Source of the DNA: Thermoanaerobaculia bacterium
Lineage (GTDB): Bacteria; Acidobacteriota; Thermoanaerobaculia; Multivoradales; Multivoraceae
Assembly: GCA_963664405.1 (NCBI GenBank)
Contig: OY761158.1
Location: forward strand, 4,992,001 to 5,056,000
Length of the DNA stretch: 64,000 nt
Reading direction: 5' to 3'
Shown here: piece by piece, positions 39,539 to 49,514 of the stretch
Layout of the letters: each line of letters starts with the position of its first letter
Position numbering within the stretch: position 1 is the stretch's first letter
The notes under the pieces: model-generated
What the model was told of the DNA's origin: nothing
The model's input: only the letters and a program-made list of their open reading frames with translations
Database searches by the model: none
Program-made: the position numbers and the translations under genes

Positions 39539-40660
39539 ATGCAACGCGCTCGCCCATGGACACCTTCGCCGGCTCGTTCGGCACGAGAGGAACCCGCTAT
39601 ACGCTCGTCTTACTTGTTCCACAGTCCAGCCATCGTCGCCGTCGCCGCCAGCCTCGCGGTCTTGGTGCCCACGGCCCTCGTTGCCGGCGATGACATCCCG
39701 CGAACCCCCTCGGGTCGGCCGGATCTCAGCGGTACCTACGACGCGGCGACTCTGACTCCGCTCGAGCGACCCGAGAAGTACGGCGAGAATCTGTATATCA
39801 GCGTGGAGGCCGCCAAGGAGATTGCAGAGGCGGAGAGGATCCGGTATGAAGAAAGAGCGCAGGACAGCGATCCGCATCGGGAGGCACCACCCGAAGGCGC
39901 CAGCGTCGGCGGCTACAACTACTTCTGGCTCGATCGAGGGGTTGACTCGTTCGCGGTCGACGGCAAGTTCCGAACTTCGATCATCGTCGAACCGAAGAAC
40001 GGCCGCAGGCCGCCGCTGACAGAAGCGGGGCAGGCTTACGCAGACAAGCGAGCCGAGAGTCGCGACAAGTACACCGGTGAAGCCTGGTGGGTCGACCAGG
40101 ACGGTCCCGGGCCCTACGACAACATGGAGCAGCGCGGCCATCCCGAGCGGTGCATCCTGGGCTTCACCGGCACCACCCCCTCCTTCCCCAGCGGGTACAA
40201 CAACTACAAGCGCATCGTGCAGACAGAGGATCACATCATGATCCTGGTCGAGATGGTGCACGACGCTCGCTCGGTCAGGATGAACTCAGAGCATGCGCCT
40301 GCCAGCGTGCGCAAGTGGCTTGGCGATTCCATCGGTTGGTGGCAGGGCGACACCCTGGTGGTCGACACCACCGGCTTCCACCCCCGTTCTCATTCGTCGG
40401 CGTCGCGCTGGACCCGCGATACGGGCACAGAGAATCCGCACGTTGTCGAGCGATTCACTCGACTCGAGAACGGCGATCTGCTCTACCGCTTCACCGTCGA
40501 GGACGATGCGATCTGGACCGCGCCCTGGACCGGCGAGTACGTCTGGCGCGCAAGTGACGAGAAGGTCTACGAATACGCCTGCCACGAAGGCAACTACGCG
40601 CTCGGCAACATCATGCGCGGGGCTCGACTGATGGAACAGGATGCGTTGAATAGCCAATAG
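39539..40660 (+). CDS. Conserved exported hypothetical protein (start uncertain)
   Basis: PRTPSGRPDLSG, PERC, YNNYKRIVQT, GDSIGWWQGDTLVVDT, YEYACHEGNY. Confidence 0.8.
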   Translation: MQRARPWTPSPARSAREEPAIRSSYLFHSPAIVAVAASLAVLVPTALVAGDDIPRTPSGRPDLSGTYDAATLTPLERPEKYGENLYISVEAAKEIAEAERIRYEERAQDSDPHREAPPEGASVGGYNYFWLDRGVDSFAVDGKFRTSIIVEPKNGRRPPLTEAGQAYADKRAESRDKYTGEAWWVDQDGPGPYDNMEQRGHPERCILGFTGTTPSFPSGYNNYKRIVQTEDHIMILVEMVHDARSVRMNSEHAPASVRKWLGDSIGWWQGDTLVVDTTGFHPRSHSSASRWTRDTGTENPHVVERFTRLENGDLLYRFTVEDDAIWTAPWTGEYVWRASDEKVYEYACHEGNYALGNIMRGARLMEQDALNSQ

Positions 40661-40720
40661 CCGACGGGCGGCCCAGAGGTCACCGTCGTCAGAGGCGTCA
40701 TCGAGATCACCAAAGCCCCG

Positions 40721-40890
40721 GCAGCCTTCGGCTGCTAGGTGCCACCCGAATCTCTCAGGACTTGGCGGCGCTCAGAGGTGACTCCTCGGGTGGCATCCCG
40801 GCCCGCCGAAAGGGACCGTGGTTGTCAACTCTTCTTCGGGTTCTCCGCCCTCTCGAAGATGTTTCGGTTGGCACCCTGCCGGCGGAGGCA
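40721..40890. repeat. Repeat family copy 2
   Basis: Starts gcagccttcggctgctaggtgccacccgaat; colinear with copy 3 except for an inverted 44-bp core (40797-40840). Confidence 0.8.
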
Positions 40891-40988
40891 TCCGGGTCTC
40901 GCCGACTCGAGCGCGTCGGGTCGGCGACGCGGCCCCGCGCGGTGGCATAATCAAGCCCACGTTTCCATCGCACCGAGAGGACATCATC

Positions 40989-42005
40989 ATGAAGATCCCA
41001 GCGGTTTTGGGTACGGTCATCGTCGGCATCTTCTTGCTGGGCACGTCCGAATCGGCGACGGCCGCGTGCGAGCCCGATGGCGAGGTGACTTTTCTGTGCG
41101 GGCCGGTCAGCCCCGAAGATCTCGCGCCGGTGCCGCGGTCGCCGTGGGTCATCGTGTCGAGCATGGTGGATGAGGGGCACCTCTATGCGGCCGACACCCG
41201 TGACCACACCGCGACAGTGATCTTCCCGGCCGAGGGCTCCGAGCCACGACACGACACCGGGACCTACGGCGCCTGCCCCGGGCCGGTGTCCCGGCAGTTC
41301 AGGCCCCACGGGCTCTATCTCCGTCCTGGAGACGGGGATCGGCACACCCTGCTGGTCGTCGGCCACGGCGCGCGCGAGGCCATCGAGGTGTTCGAAGTCG
41401 ATATGCGTGGCGCGACACCGGCGCTCACCTGGATCGGGTGCGCCGTCGCCCCCGACCCACTGGCGTTGAATTCCGTCGTGGCGTTGCCCGAGGGCGGCTT
41501 TGCCGCGACGAGTCCCCGCACCGGTGACATCTGGGAGTGGAACCGCGAGGCCGGGTGGCGTCTCGTTCCCGGCAGTGAGGAGATCGGTCCGAACGGCCTC
41601 GAGATCTCGCGTGACGGTCGATGGTTCTATGTCGGTGGCTACGGCGCCAAGTCGTTGATCCGCTTGTCACGGGGACGGACACCGGTCGAGAAGGATGCCG
41701 TGGCCGTCGGGTTTCACATCGATAACGTCCGCTGGGGCCCCGGGGAGACGCTCCTGGCGGCGGGACACCTCGGGCCGACCCGGGCCGCGATCGGCGAGTG
41801 CATCCGCGATGGGCGGTGCGAAGGGGTGACGTCGCGGGTGTCACGGATCGACCTGCAAAGCTTCACCGCGGAAGAAGTCGTTCGATACCCCTCGAACGAT
41901 CGGCTGATCCTCGGCACCGTCGCCATTCAGGTCGGGTCAGAGATCTGGGTCGGCAGTGTCGCCGGCAGTGATCGGATTGCGCGATTCCCGGTCGCGAGAC
42001 CGTAG
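40989..42005 (+). CDS. SMP-30/gluconolactonase/paraoxonase-like beta-propeller, exported
   Basis: Signal peptide, PEDL, FRPHGL, HGAREAIEVF, LNSV, PNGLEIS, IDNV. Confidence 0.8.
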   Translation: MKIPAVLGTVIVGIFLLGTSESATAACEPDGEVTFLCGPVSPEDLAPVPRSPWVIVSSMVDEGHLYAADTRDHTATVIFPAEGSEPRHDTGTYGACPGPVSRQFRPHGLYLRPGDGDRHTLLVVGHGAREAIEVFEVDMRGATPALTWIGCAVAPDPLALNSVVALPEGGFAATSPRTGDIWEWNREAGWRLVPGSEEIGPNGLEISRDGRWFYVGGYGAKSLIRLSRGRTPVEKDAVAVGFHIDNVRWGPGETLLAAGHLGPTRAAIGECIRDGRCEGVTSRVSRIDLQSFTAEEVVRYPSNDRLILGTVAIQVGSEIWVGSVAGSDRIARFPVARP

Positions 42006-42059
42006 TCGACTAGTGCTAGTGTGCTGTAACACTCGATCGTTTAGTGACTGAGCGAGACT

Positions 42060-43343
42060 ATGCTGCGTTCGATTCTTGCCACCATCGCCGCCTTGATCAT
42101 TCTGTCAACTGCGTTCTCTGGTCCCTCGTCCGCAGCGGGCATTGAGTGGCCCGGCTTGCTTGGCCCGCAGCGTAACGGCTGGGTGAGTAACTTCCAGCCG
42201 CCGACGCAGTGGCCGGCGGAACTGAAAAAGGCTTGGCAAATCGAAGTTGGAACCGGCTATCCATCGCCACTGGTTTCTGGCGGCTTCGTTTACCAACATG
42301 CGCGCCAAGGTGAAAATGAGGTGGTTCGGTGTATCGACCTGAAGACCGGCGAACTCAAGTGGCGCCGGAGCTACTCCACTCCTTTTCAAATCGGAGGAGG
42401 CGGGGAGAATCACGGCAAGGGTCCCAAGTCGTCGCCCGCGCTGGCTGACGGCAGGCTGTTTACTTTGAGCATCACCAACGTGCTCTCGGCCTGGGATGCA
42501 GACTCGGGCGAGCTGCTCTGGCGTCGCGACTACGGTTCGCGGTTCAAGGCCAGCCATGGCGGCAGAGAATACACAGGCCATCCATGGTGGGGCGCTGCGA
42601 CTTCGCCCCTGGTCGACGGCGGTCGAGTGATTGTCCATTTCGGCGCCGACTCTGACGGCGCGTTGATCGCGCTGGACGCCAACACTGGAAACGAAGTGTG
42701 GACTCAAGGCAAGGATGGCCCGCACTACGCGTCGCCGATTTTGGTCGAGATCCAGGGAACCCGCCAGGTCGTCGAGTGGAACGAGCGGGCTCTGGTCGGC
42801 GTGGAAAGTGCCACCGGCCGGCTATTGTGGGAGTATCCGGCGCCGGGGAACTTCAGCGACCAGAACATGCCGGCACCCGTATTTCACCAGGGTCGCGTGC
42901 TGCTGGGCGCGGAGAACCGCGGAATTCGCAGCCTCGAGCCGCAAGTGAAAGACGGCGTGTGGACGATCCAGGAGCGCTGGTTCCAGAAGAAGGTGGCGCT
43001 GGATATGAGCACGGCCGTGATCAACGACGGGCTGTTGTACGGCTTCTCGCACTACGACGGGGGTCGCATCTTCTGCCTGGACCCCCAGACCGGTGACGTG
43101 CTTTGGGAGGGTCCGCCGAGAACAGGCCAGAACGTCCGCTTTCTGGCGATTCCCGGCCATGTCGTAGCACTGATCAACGACGGCGAACTGCAGATCGTCG
43201 GCGCGATCGCCAGCGGCTTCAACAAGGTCGCGTCGTACCAAGTGGCCGAAGACACGACCTTCTCGACCTGGGCGCCCCCGGTTCTGGTGGAAAACGGAGT
43301 CTTGATCAAGGACAAGCAAATGTTGACCCTGTGGACCTTCTAG
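42060..43343 (+). CDS. PQQ-binding-like beta-propeller protein
   Basis: WPGLLGPQRNG, GPKSSP, repeated D..TG..W blades, WAPPVL. Confidence 0.85.
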   Translation: MLRSILATIAALIILSTAFSGPSSAAGIEWPGLLGPQRNGWVSNFQPPTQWPAELKKAWQIEVGTGYPSPLVSGGFVYQHARQGENEVVRCIDLKTGELKWRRSYSTPFQIGGGGENHGKGPKSSPALADGRLFTLSITNVLSAWDADSGELLWRRDYGSRFKASHGGREYTGHPWWGAATSPLVDGGRVIVHFGADSDGALIALDANTGNEVWTQGKDGPHYASPILVEIQGTRQVVEWNERALVGVESATGRLLWEYPAPGNFSDQNMPAPVFHQGRVLLGAENRGIRSLEPQVKDGVWTIQERWFQKKVALDMSTAVINDGLLYGFSHYDGGRIFCLDPQTGDVLWEGPPRTGQNVRFLAIPGHVVALINDGELQIVGAIASGFNKVASYQVAEDTTFSTWAPPVLVENGVLIKDKQMLTLWTF

Positions 43344-43358
43344 TTAAGGGGGACCAGC

Positions 43359-43532
43359 GCCCTTCGGCTGCTGCCGGCTGCTAGGTGCCCACCCGAATAT
43401 CTCAGGACTTGGTGGAGCCCGGATGTAACTCCTCGGGTACCCGAAGAAGAGTTGGCAACGACGGTCCCCTTCGGCGGGCCGGGTTCTCCGCCGTCTCGAA
43501 AATCTTCGGCTGGCACCCTGCCGGCCGGAGGC
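43359..43532. repeat. Repeat family copy 3
   Basis: ccttcggctgctgccggctgctaggtgcccacccgaatatctcaggacttgg...; core 43440-43483 is the reverse complement of the copy 2 core. Confidence 0.8.
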
Positions 43533-43548
43533 CGGCGGGCCATGCCAG

Positions 43549-44463
43549 TCAGGCGCGAAACTCGGGCAGCACGCGCTCGGCGAGCAGGCGCTCGTTCGAG
43601 GGCAGGTACTCGACGGGGCAGGCCGAGCTCAGGATGATGGTGCGCGCACCGGCGTCGATGTACTCGCGGAGTCGAGCAACGCAGTCTTCGGGCGAGCCCG
43701 CCAGCGCGTACTTGCCTGCCAGCTTGGAGAAATCCTGGTTGTACTGCAGGGAGAGCCGCTCGACGGCCATCTTCACGGCGAGGTCGCGATCCTCGTGAAC
43801 GGCGAAGAAGATGTAGAGGCCCGGTCTCACCGGCGCATCGCGATCCTCGTCCTCGGCAAAGCCGGCGATGGCTTCGACACTGGCGGCAAGCCGCTCGGGC
43901 GTGTACATGTAGGGAAGCCAGCCGGTGCCGTAACGCGCGCAGCGGCGCATCGCCGCCTCGCTGCGACCGGAGACCCAGATCGGGGGGTGGGGCTGCTGCA
44001 CCGGGCGGGGGTAGAGCGTCAGGCCCGATACTTCGGTGAACCTGCCGGCGAAGGTGACCTTCTCTTCGGTCATCAGCCGCCGGATGAGCTCGAGCGCCTC
44101 GTTGGTGCGCTCGCCGCGCTCGCCGACCGGCACTCCACAGGCTTCGAACTCCGCCGCGAACTCGCCGCCGACACCGACGCCGAGGCTGAAGCGTCCTTTC
44201 GACACCGCATCTAGGGTCGCGATTTGTTTGGCGAGCAGCGGCGGTGGATAGAGCGGCACCAGGGTGATGGCGCTCATCAGCCGGATCGTCTTGGTGGCAC
44301 CGGCTGCCGCCGCCAGCGTCACCAGGCCGTTGCTGGTAGGACCGTAGAAGAAGACGTGCTCGCCCATGGAGACATAGTCGTAGCCAAGCGCCTCGGCAGT
44401 CTGGGCCTCCTCGACGACGTCCTGCACTCGTCTCAGATTGATACCGAATTCGAGGTCCGTCAC
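43549..44463 (-). CDS. LLM-class flavin-dependent oxidoreductase
   Basis: AEALGYDYVSMGEHV, LAKQIATLDAVSKGRFSLGVGVG, PPIWVSGRSEAAMRR. Confidence 0.9.
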   Translation of the reverse strand: MTDLEFGINLRRVQDVVEEAQTAEALGYDYVSMGEHVFFYGPTSNGLVTLAAAAGATKTIRLMSAITLVPLYPPPLLAKQIATLDAVSKGRFSLGVGVGGEFAAEFEACGVPVGERGERTNEALELIRRLMTEEKVTFAGRFTEVSGLTLYPRPVQQPHPPIWVSGRSEAAMRRCARYGTGWLPYMYTPERLAASVEAIAGFAEDEDRDAPVRPGLYIFFAVHEDRDLAVKMAVERLSLQYNQDFSKLAGKYALAGSPEDCVARLREYIDAGARTIILSSACPVEYLPSNERLLAERVLPEFRA

Positions 44464-44469
44464 GCCCAC

Positions 44470-44600
44470 CTACCCGTCCGGCTCGTACCAGATGGGAGAG
44501 CTCCAAGCGCGCTCCTGATGGGTCGCCGGCAGATCGGGATTGGGGTTGATACCGGAGTTCTGCGCATCCCACGTCGACCACCGACAGGACGGATGCCGAC
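44470..44600 (-). pseudogene. 3' remnant of a DUF3604-like gene
   Basis: PSCRWSTWDA..PATHQERAWSSPIWY. Confidence 0.65.
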
Positions 44601-44794
44601 GCCTGGCAGAGGCGGCGCGGCGGGGTGCCAATCGGAGTCGGCCACTGTACCAGTTACAGAGCGGTGCGGAAGGGCGGAGCAGAGGCGCTGGGGAATCGGC
44701 GGAGCAGACGCAGGACGCCATCGAGTATCCTGGCGGTGGTTCGAGAGGCGGCTCGCAGGTAGTATCCTGACTCATTGATCATGGGAGTAGGGCG

Positions 44795-45781
44795 ATGAGA
44801 AACGCGACTGCGGAACGGAGCGGCACGAAACGGGTCTCGCCCATCGCCCAAATGGCCGGCAAAGACGATGAAGCGCGCGAGCGGGTGCTGGCAAGAATAA
44901 CGGAGCTCGATCTCAACGAGAATCTGCTCGAGCTCGAGACCAAGGGGTACACGGTTGTCCTCGGCGTGCTGTCCGATGACCGGATAGAAGGCGCCAAGGC
45001 CGCCATACTACGGCGCGTTGAAAGCAAGACGGGCAAGAAAGTCGATCCCGACACGGCCACGTCCAAAGACTTTGGCGGTATGGCGTATCAGCACTACCTG
45101 ATTTTCGATGATCCGGTCTTCCCCGAGATTCTGCTGGAGCCAAAGCCGCTCGCGCTGATTACCTACCTGCTCGGTGAGAGTTGTGTGTTGTCTTCCATGG
45201 GCAGTCACTTTCGTGGGCCCGGCGGCATGCCTTTGTCGGTGCACGCCGATGGGGTTCGAGTCGGCATGACCGAGACGTCTTTGGTCGCCAACTGCAACTA
45301 CGCTCTCACACCCTATAGCCGTGAAACGGGCGCGGTGGTGCTTTTCCCAGGCAGCCATCGAAAGCAGCGCCAGCCTACGGCACACGAGAACTGGATGGCG
45401 GGCCACGAAACCGTTCCGGAGATCATGGCGAAGAACCTCGATCCTGAAGAATTGGACGCCCTCGAATGGACGGCGCCGCCAGGTGCTGTAACCATGGAGC
45501 TCAATCCGGGAGACGCCGCCGTCTGGCATGGCAACTCGTGGCACGGCGGTTGGCGACGCGAGCTACCGGGCACGCGCATCAATCTCGCGACCTATTTCTG
45601 CCGGCCTCATCTCTCGACCCAGGAGCGACGCGGCGATACACGTCATCCCGAGGTGTTCGAGCGCTATGCCAACGAGCCCCGCTTTGCCCGTCTGCTGGGA
45701 GAGAAGATCTTCAATGGCTGGCGTGAAGAAGGGCCGGATCTCACCGGCGCGAAGGCTGGGCCCAGCGGCTTTTTCGACTGA
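44795..45781 (+). CDS. Phytanoyl-CoA dioxygenase (PhyH)-family Fe/2OG oxygenase
   Basis: LETKGYTV, HAD, PGSH, GDAAVWHGNSWHG, R.NL; start may be ATG 44852. Confidence 0.85.
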   Translation: MRNATAERSGTKRVSPIAQMAGKDDEARERVLARITELDLNENLLELETKGYTVVLGVLSDDRIEGAKAAILRRVESKTGKKVDPDTATSKDFGGMAYQHYLIFDDPVFPEILLEPKPLALITYLLGESCVLSSMGSHFRGPGGMPLSVHADGVRVGMTETSLVANCNYALTPYSRETGAVVLFPGSHRKQRQPTAHENWMAGHETVPEIMAKNLDPEELDALEWTAPPGAVTMELNPGDAAVWHGNSWHGGWRRELPGTRINLATYFCRPHLSTQERRGDTRHPEVFERYANEPRFARLLGEKIFNGWREEGPDLTGAKAGPSGFFD

Positions 45782-45792
45782 GCCTCGGGCGC

Positions 45793-46203
45793 ATGAAGCC
45801 GAGCCCGGGCCGACCCCTGGCGCCGCCGGACGACCGCGGACTGGACGAGGACACCGGCTGGTTCCTGGACCACTTCTCACTGGGAGAGCTGCGGCGCGCG
45901 CTCGCGGGGGGGGATTGCAAGCGGGTATTGCGGCGCGACACCTGGCTCGCCCTCGGGGTTTCGACCGTGCTCTTCACCGTGGCCTTGCTCGGGGTCGGTA
46001 GAGTGCTGGATCTCAGCGGCAGGCCCGGAATCGGCGTGCTCACGCTCGTACTCCTGGCCGGCGTCGCGATCACCGGGGTCTGCTTTCATGCCTTCCGTGT
46101 TTCCGCCAGCAGTCGGGCGGCGACCATTTCACCCGAGGCGCTGCGCGCTCACCTGGCGATCACGGAGCACCTGGCGCAGGCGGGCGCCTCCGCGCGCGCC
46201 TGA
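45793..46203 (+). CDS. Hypothetical membrane protein
   Basis: 136 aa, two hydrophobic helices, fills the gap after the PhyH gene. Confidence 0.55.
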   Translation: MKPSPGRPLAPPDDRGLDEDTGWFLDHFSLGELRRALAGGDCKRVLRRDTWLALGVSTVLFTVALLGVGRVLDLSGRPGIGVLTLVLLAGVAITGVCFHAFRVSASSRAATISPEALRAHLAITEHLAQAGASARA

Positions 46204-46212
46204 GCTCCCTCG

Positions 46213-47460
46213 CTAGAGCCGCTCACCTGTCCGCCGATCCATCACGTACCGACCGCGCCGCATCTCTGTTATCGAGGTGGCGCCCGCCTGCTTCATCACC
46301 AGCTCGAGCTCACGGTGCAAGATGTCGATGACCTTCTCGACGCCGTCCTGGCCATAGCCTGCCAGACCCCAGGCGTAAGGGCGACCGATCCCAACCCCGT
46401 CAGCGCCCATCGCCAGCGCCTTGAAGACGTCAGTCCCGCGGCGGATACCACCGTCGAGAAGGATCGGAATACGACCGGCGATGGCGGCAGCCACTTCCGG
46501 CAAACACTCGATCGTAGAGCGCAAGCTCTCCGACCCTCGTCCTCCGTGGTTCGACACGATCACACCGTCTGCACCATGCTCGACCGCCAGCTCTGCGTCC
46601 TCATGCGTCACGATGCCCTTGAGCACGAGAGGCATGCTGGTGGCATCCTTGAGGCGATCGACATATTCCCAGGTATGAGGCTCGCGCCGCGTCCCCGGCT
46701 TGCGTGGGGGCAGTCCGGCACGCATCGGCTTGGTGAGCCCGGCGTGGCAATTCGCACAGAACGCCGCGTCTGTGCCCTCGAGACCCAAGGCACGCTCAAG
46801 GGTCGGGGTGTTTCGCCCGGCGAGTAGGTCGATGGTAAACACCAGCACGGGACAGCCTGCACTCTCAACCCGCTTGATCAACTTGTAGGTGCCCTCCCAG
46901 TCGGGCCTGGTGTAGAGCTGGTACCAGACCGGCTCTCCATACGCTTCGTTGACCTCTTCCACGGCGGTGGAGGCCGACGTCGACAGCATCATCATGTTCT
47001 CTTTTGCACGAGCAGCCTTCGCGGCCCCGATCTCGCCCTGGGTGTGGAACGTCTTCAGGCTCCCAACCGGACAGAGGCCAATCGGCGTCTTCCATCGGAC
47101 CCCGAAGAGCTCAGTCGACATGTCGACGCTGCTGAAGTCGACCAAACGCCGCATGCGAAGTTGATAGTTCGAGAAGGCTTCGTGGTTCCAGCCAAGGGTG
47201 GCGTCGTCGTCGACGCCGGTGGCGAGGTATGCCCAATGCTCGTGAAGCAGCATTTTTTTTGCGACAGGCTCGAAGTCCATCACTTCGATTGCCTCCTCGA
47301 GCGAGCCGATGATGCCGTCGTCCTCTTCCAGGGCGCGGAGGACGGTGGCGCCTGACCCGCCGGCCAGCAGTGGCGGCAGGCCCGCGTACTTGAGAAACGG
47401 ACTCGTAGCCAGCATCTTCAGAAACTGGCGCCTTCCGGTCAGGGTTTCACTCCGGGTCAT
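46213..47460 (-). CDS. FMN-dependent alpha-hydroxy-acid oxidase/dehydrogenase, Tat signal, internal CxxCH
   Basis: GRRQFLK, WYQLY, LVLKGI, SNHGGR, DGGIRRGTDVFKALAMGA; CANCH at 46744-46758. Confidence 0.92.
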   Translation of the reverse strand: MTRSETLTGRRQFLKMLATSPFLKYAGLPPLLAGGSGATVLRALEEDDGIIGSLEEAIEVMDFEPVAKKMLLHEHWAYLATGVDDDATLGWNHEAFSNYQLRMRRLVDFSSVDMSTELFGVRWKTPIGLCPVGSLKTFHTQGEIGAAKAARAKENMMMLSTSASTAVEEVNEAYGEPVWYQLYTRPDWEGTYKLIKRVESAGCPVLVFTIDLLAGRNTPTLERALGLEGTDAAFCANCHAGLTKPMRAGLPPRKPGTRREPHTWEYVDRLKDATSMPLVLKGIVTHEDAELAVEHGADGVIVSNHGGRGSESLRSTIECLPEVAAAIAGRIPILLDGGIRRGTDVFKALAMGADGVGIGRPYAWGLAGYGQDGVEKVIDILHRELELVMKQAGATSITEMRRGRYVMDRRTGERL

Positions 47461-47544
47461 AACCGCTCTCCTTTCTGTACCATTTTCCGTGGATGCTCTA
47501 GCCTAGCAGCTAGGTTACGGACGGCTGGTCTTGAGATTTGCTCG

Positions 47545-47560
47545 CGTTGTATATATAACG
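47545..47560. promoter_or_regulatory. Candidate operator (imperfect AT-rich palindrome) between divergent genes
   Basis: cgttgtatatataacg in a GC-rich context. Confidence 0.3.
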
Positions 47561-47747
47561 GTCTCCATCTATTAGGACAATCTGCCTTTAGGCTATCCGG
47601 CTAAACCCAACTGGAGCATGAGGCACTCGCGGCGCCTGGAGAATCTTTAGTTCGGGAAGGGTGTCGTCGTTCTCGACCAGGCGCACCAAATCCCGTAGCG
47701 CAAGGCTCGTCAGAGTCCTCGCGATTCACGGTATCATTTCGAGCGAA

Positions 47748-49223
47748 ATGCTTACTCGACGCGAATGGCTCAAGCGTGCGGGGCTCGGCGTCTTGGCGGC
47801 GGGCAGTGCAGTCGGTCAAGAGCCGCGCGCTGCAGGCCCCAACGTGCTCATGATTTCGATCGACGACCTGAACGACTGGATCGGCGTCCTCGGCGGACAC
47901 CCGCAGTCGATCACGCCGAACATCGACGCGCTCGCCAAGCGCGGCGTCACCTTCCGGCGAGCCTACTGCCAGGCGCCCTCCTGCAACCCCTCTCGGGCGA
48001 GTCTGATGACCGGCATGCGCCCGACGACCTCAGGTTGTTACGGCAACGGCGACGTCTGGCGCGACGCCATGCCGCAGGCCGTCACTCTGCCGCAGCACTT
48101 CATGCAGCAGGGCTATGAAGTGATCGGCGGGGGCAAGACGTTTCACAACACGCAGAACGAGGCCGCGTCGTGGCATTACTACAACAGCTTCCGTGGCTTT
48201 CTAAAGGTCCCCGGCTGGCCGGTGAACAAGCTGAACAGCAACAATTTCGACTGGAGCGCCCTCGACGTCGACGACGAAGAGACCTCCGACACCCAGCTCG
48301 CCAATTGGGCGGCGGAGTACCTATCGAAAGATCACTCCAAGCCTTTCTTCCTGGCCTGCGGCCTCTATCGCCCGCACTTGCCGTTCTACGCGCCCAAGAA
48401 ATACTTCGACAAGTTCCCCGAGGCCGAGATCGAGCTGCCGCCCTATCTCGAGAACGACCTCGACGACGTGCCGAAGTCCGCGCCGACGCCACGCGGTTTG
48501 GACGACCACGACAAGGTGACAGCGACGGGTCAGTGGAAGCGCGCCGTGGCAGCCTATTTGGCGTGCATCAACTTCGCCGATGCCAACGTGGGGCGCGTGC
48601 TGAAAGCGCTCGACCAAGGGCCGCACGCCGAGAATACGATCATCGTCCTGTGGACCGACCACGGTTGGCAGTTCGGCGAGAAGAATCAGTGGCGAAAGTT
48701 CACTCTATGGGAACGCTCCTGCCGCGTGCCGATCATCTTCGCCGGCCCTGGGATCGAGGCCAAGGGAGAATTCTGCGACCGGACCGCCGAGCTGCTCGAC
48801 ATCTACCCGACGTTGGCGGATCTCTCCGGGCTGCCCGAGCGCGAGGAGCTGGACGGCGAGAGCCTGAGGCCATTGCTCGAGAATCCCAAAGCGGAGTGGG
48901 ATCACCCCGCGATCACCTCCCTGGGGCCTGAGAGAAACTCGATCCGCACCGAGCGCTGGCGCTACACCAGCTATGAGGACGGTGAAGAGCTCTACGACCA
49001 CGACATCGATCCGAATGAGTGGCGCAACTTGGCGAGCGTCCCCGAGCACGCCGGGACGAAGCAGCGGCTTCGAGCCATGCTGCCGCAGAACCCTTCACGC
49101 AAGAAGGTGATGCACATCTTCGACCAGCCCGAGGAGCAGCGTCGCCTCACCGAGCTGCTGCCGGATCACTTTCGCGCCTCCGACGCGGCGAACGATGTCG
49201 GGCTCGACCCGGGGCCGAGGTGA
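47748..49223 (+). CDS. Sulfatase (iduronate-2-sulfatase-like), Tat signal
   Basis: MLTRREWLK, PNVLMISIDDLN, CNPSR, YRPHLPF, TDHGWQFGEK; start reassigned to ATG 47748. Confidence 0.92.
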   Translation: MLTRREWLKRAGLGVLAAGSAVGQEPRAAGPNVLMISIDDLNDWIGVLGGHPQSITPNIDALAKRGVTFRRAYCQAPSCNPSRASLMTGMRPTTSGCYGNGDVWRDAMPQAVTLPQHFMQQGYEVIGGGKTFHNTQNEAASWHYYNSFRGFLKVPGWPVNKLNSNNFDWSALDVDDEETSDTQLANWAAEYLSKDHSKPFFLACGLYRPHLPFYAPKKYFDKFPEAEIELPPYLENDLDDVPKSAPTPRGLDDHDKVTATGQWKRAVAAYLACINFADANVGRVLKALDQGPHAENTIIVLWTDHGWQFGEKNQWRKFTLWERSCRVPIIFAGPGIEAKGEFCDRTAELLDIYPTLADLSGLPEREELDGESLRPLLENPKAEWDHPAITSLGPERNSIRTERWRYTSYEDGEELYDHDIDPNEWRNLASVPEHAGTKQRLRAMLPQNPSRKKVMHIFDQPEEQRRLTELLPDHFRASDAANDVGLDPGPR

Positions 49224-49288
49224 ATGAATGATCGGTTTGCTTCGACAAGCGACTAACCCTTGGTTCTTGCTCGCCGCGATTGCCCCCA

Positions 49289-49320
49289 GCAGCCTGCGGC
49301 TGCTTAGGTGCCAGCCGAGT
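49289..49320 (+). repeat. Repeat family end motif (copy 4)
   Basis: gcagcctgcggctgcttaggtgccagccgagt. Confidence 0.65.
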
Positions 49321-49514
49321 GTTTTGACGACGCCGTGGTAGCTGGAAGGCAGTTCGGGCACCTTGTGGGGGGCGAAAACCCCATTTGTCTCACGCAGCGA
49401 GTCGGCGGCGGTATCGATCGTGTGTCCAGAACCACACGTCGGCTCGGCCCGGCTCGCTGCCGAGTTGCCCTGCACTCCTGACAATCGAGCTCGAGGTTCG
49501 ACATAAAACGCCGG

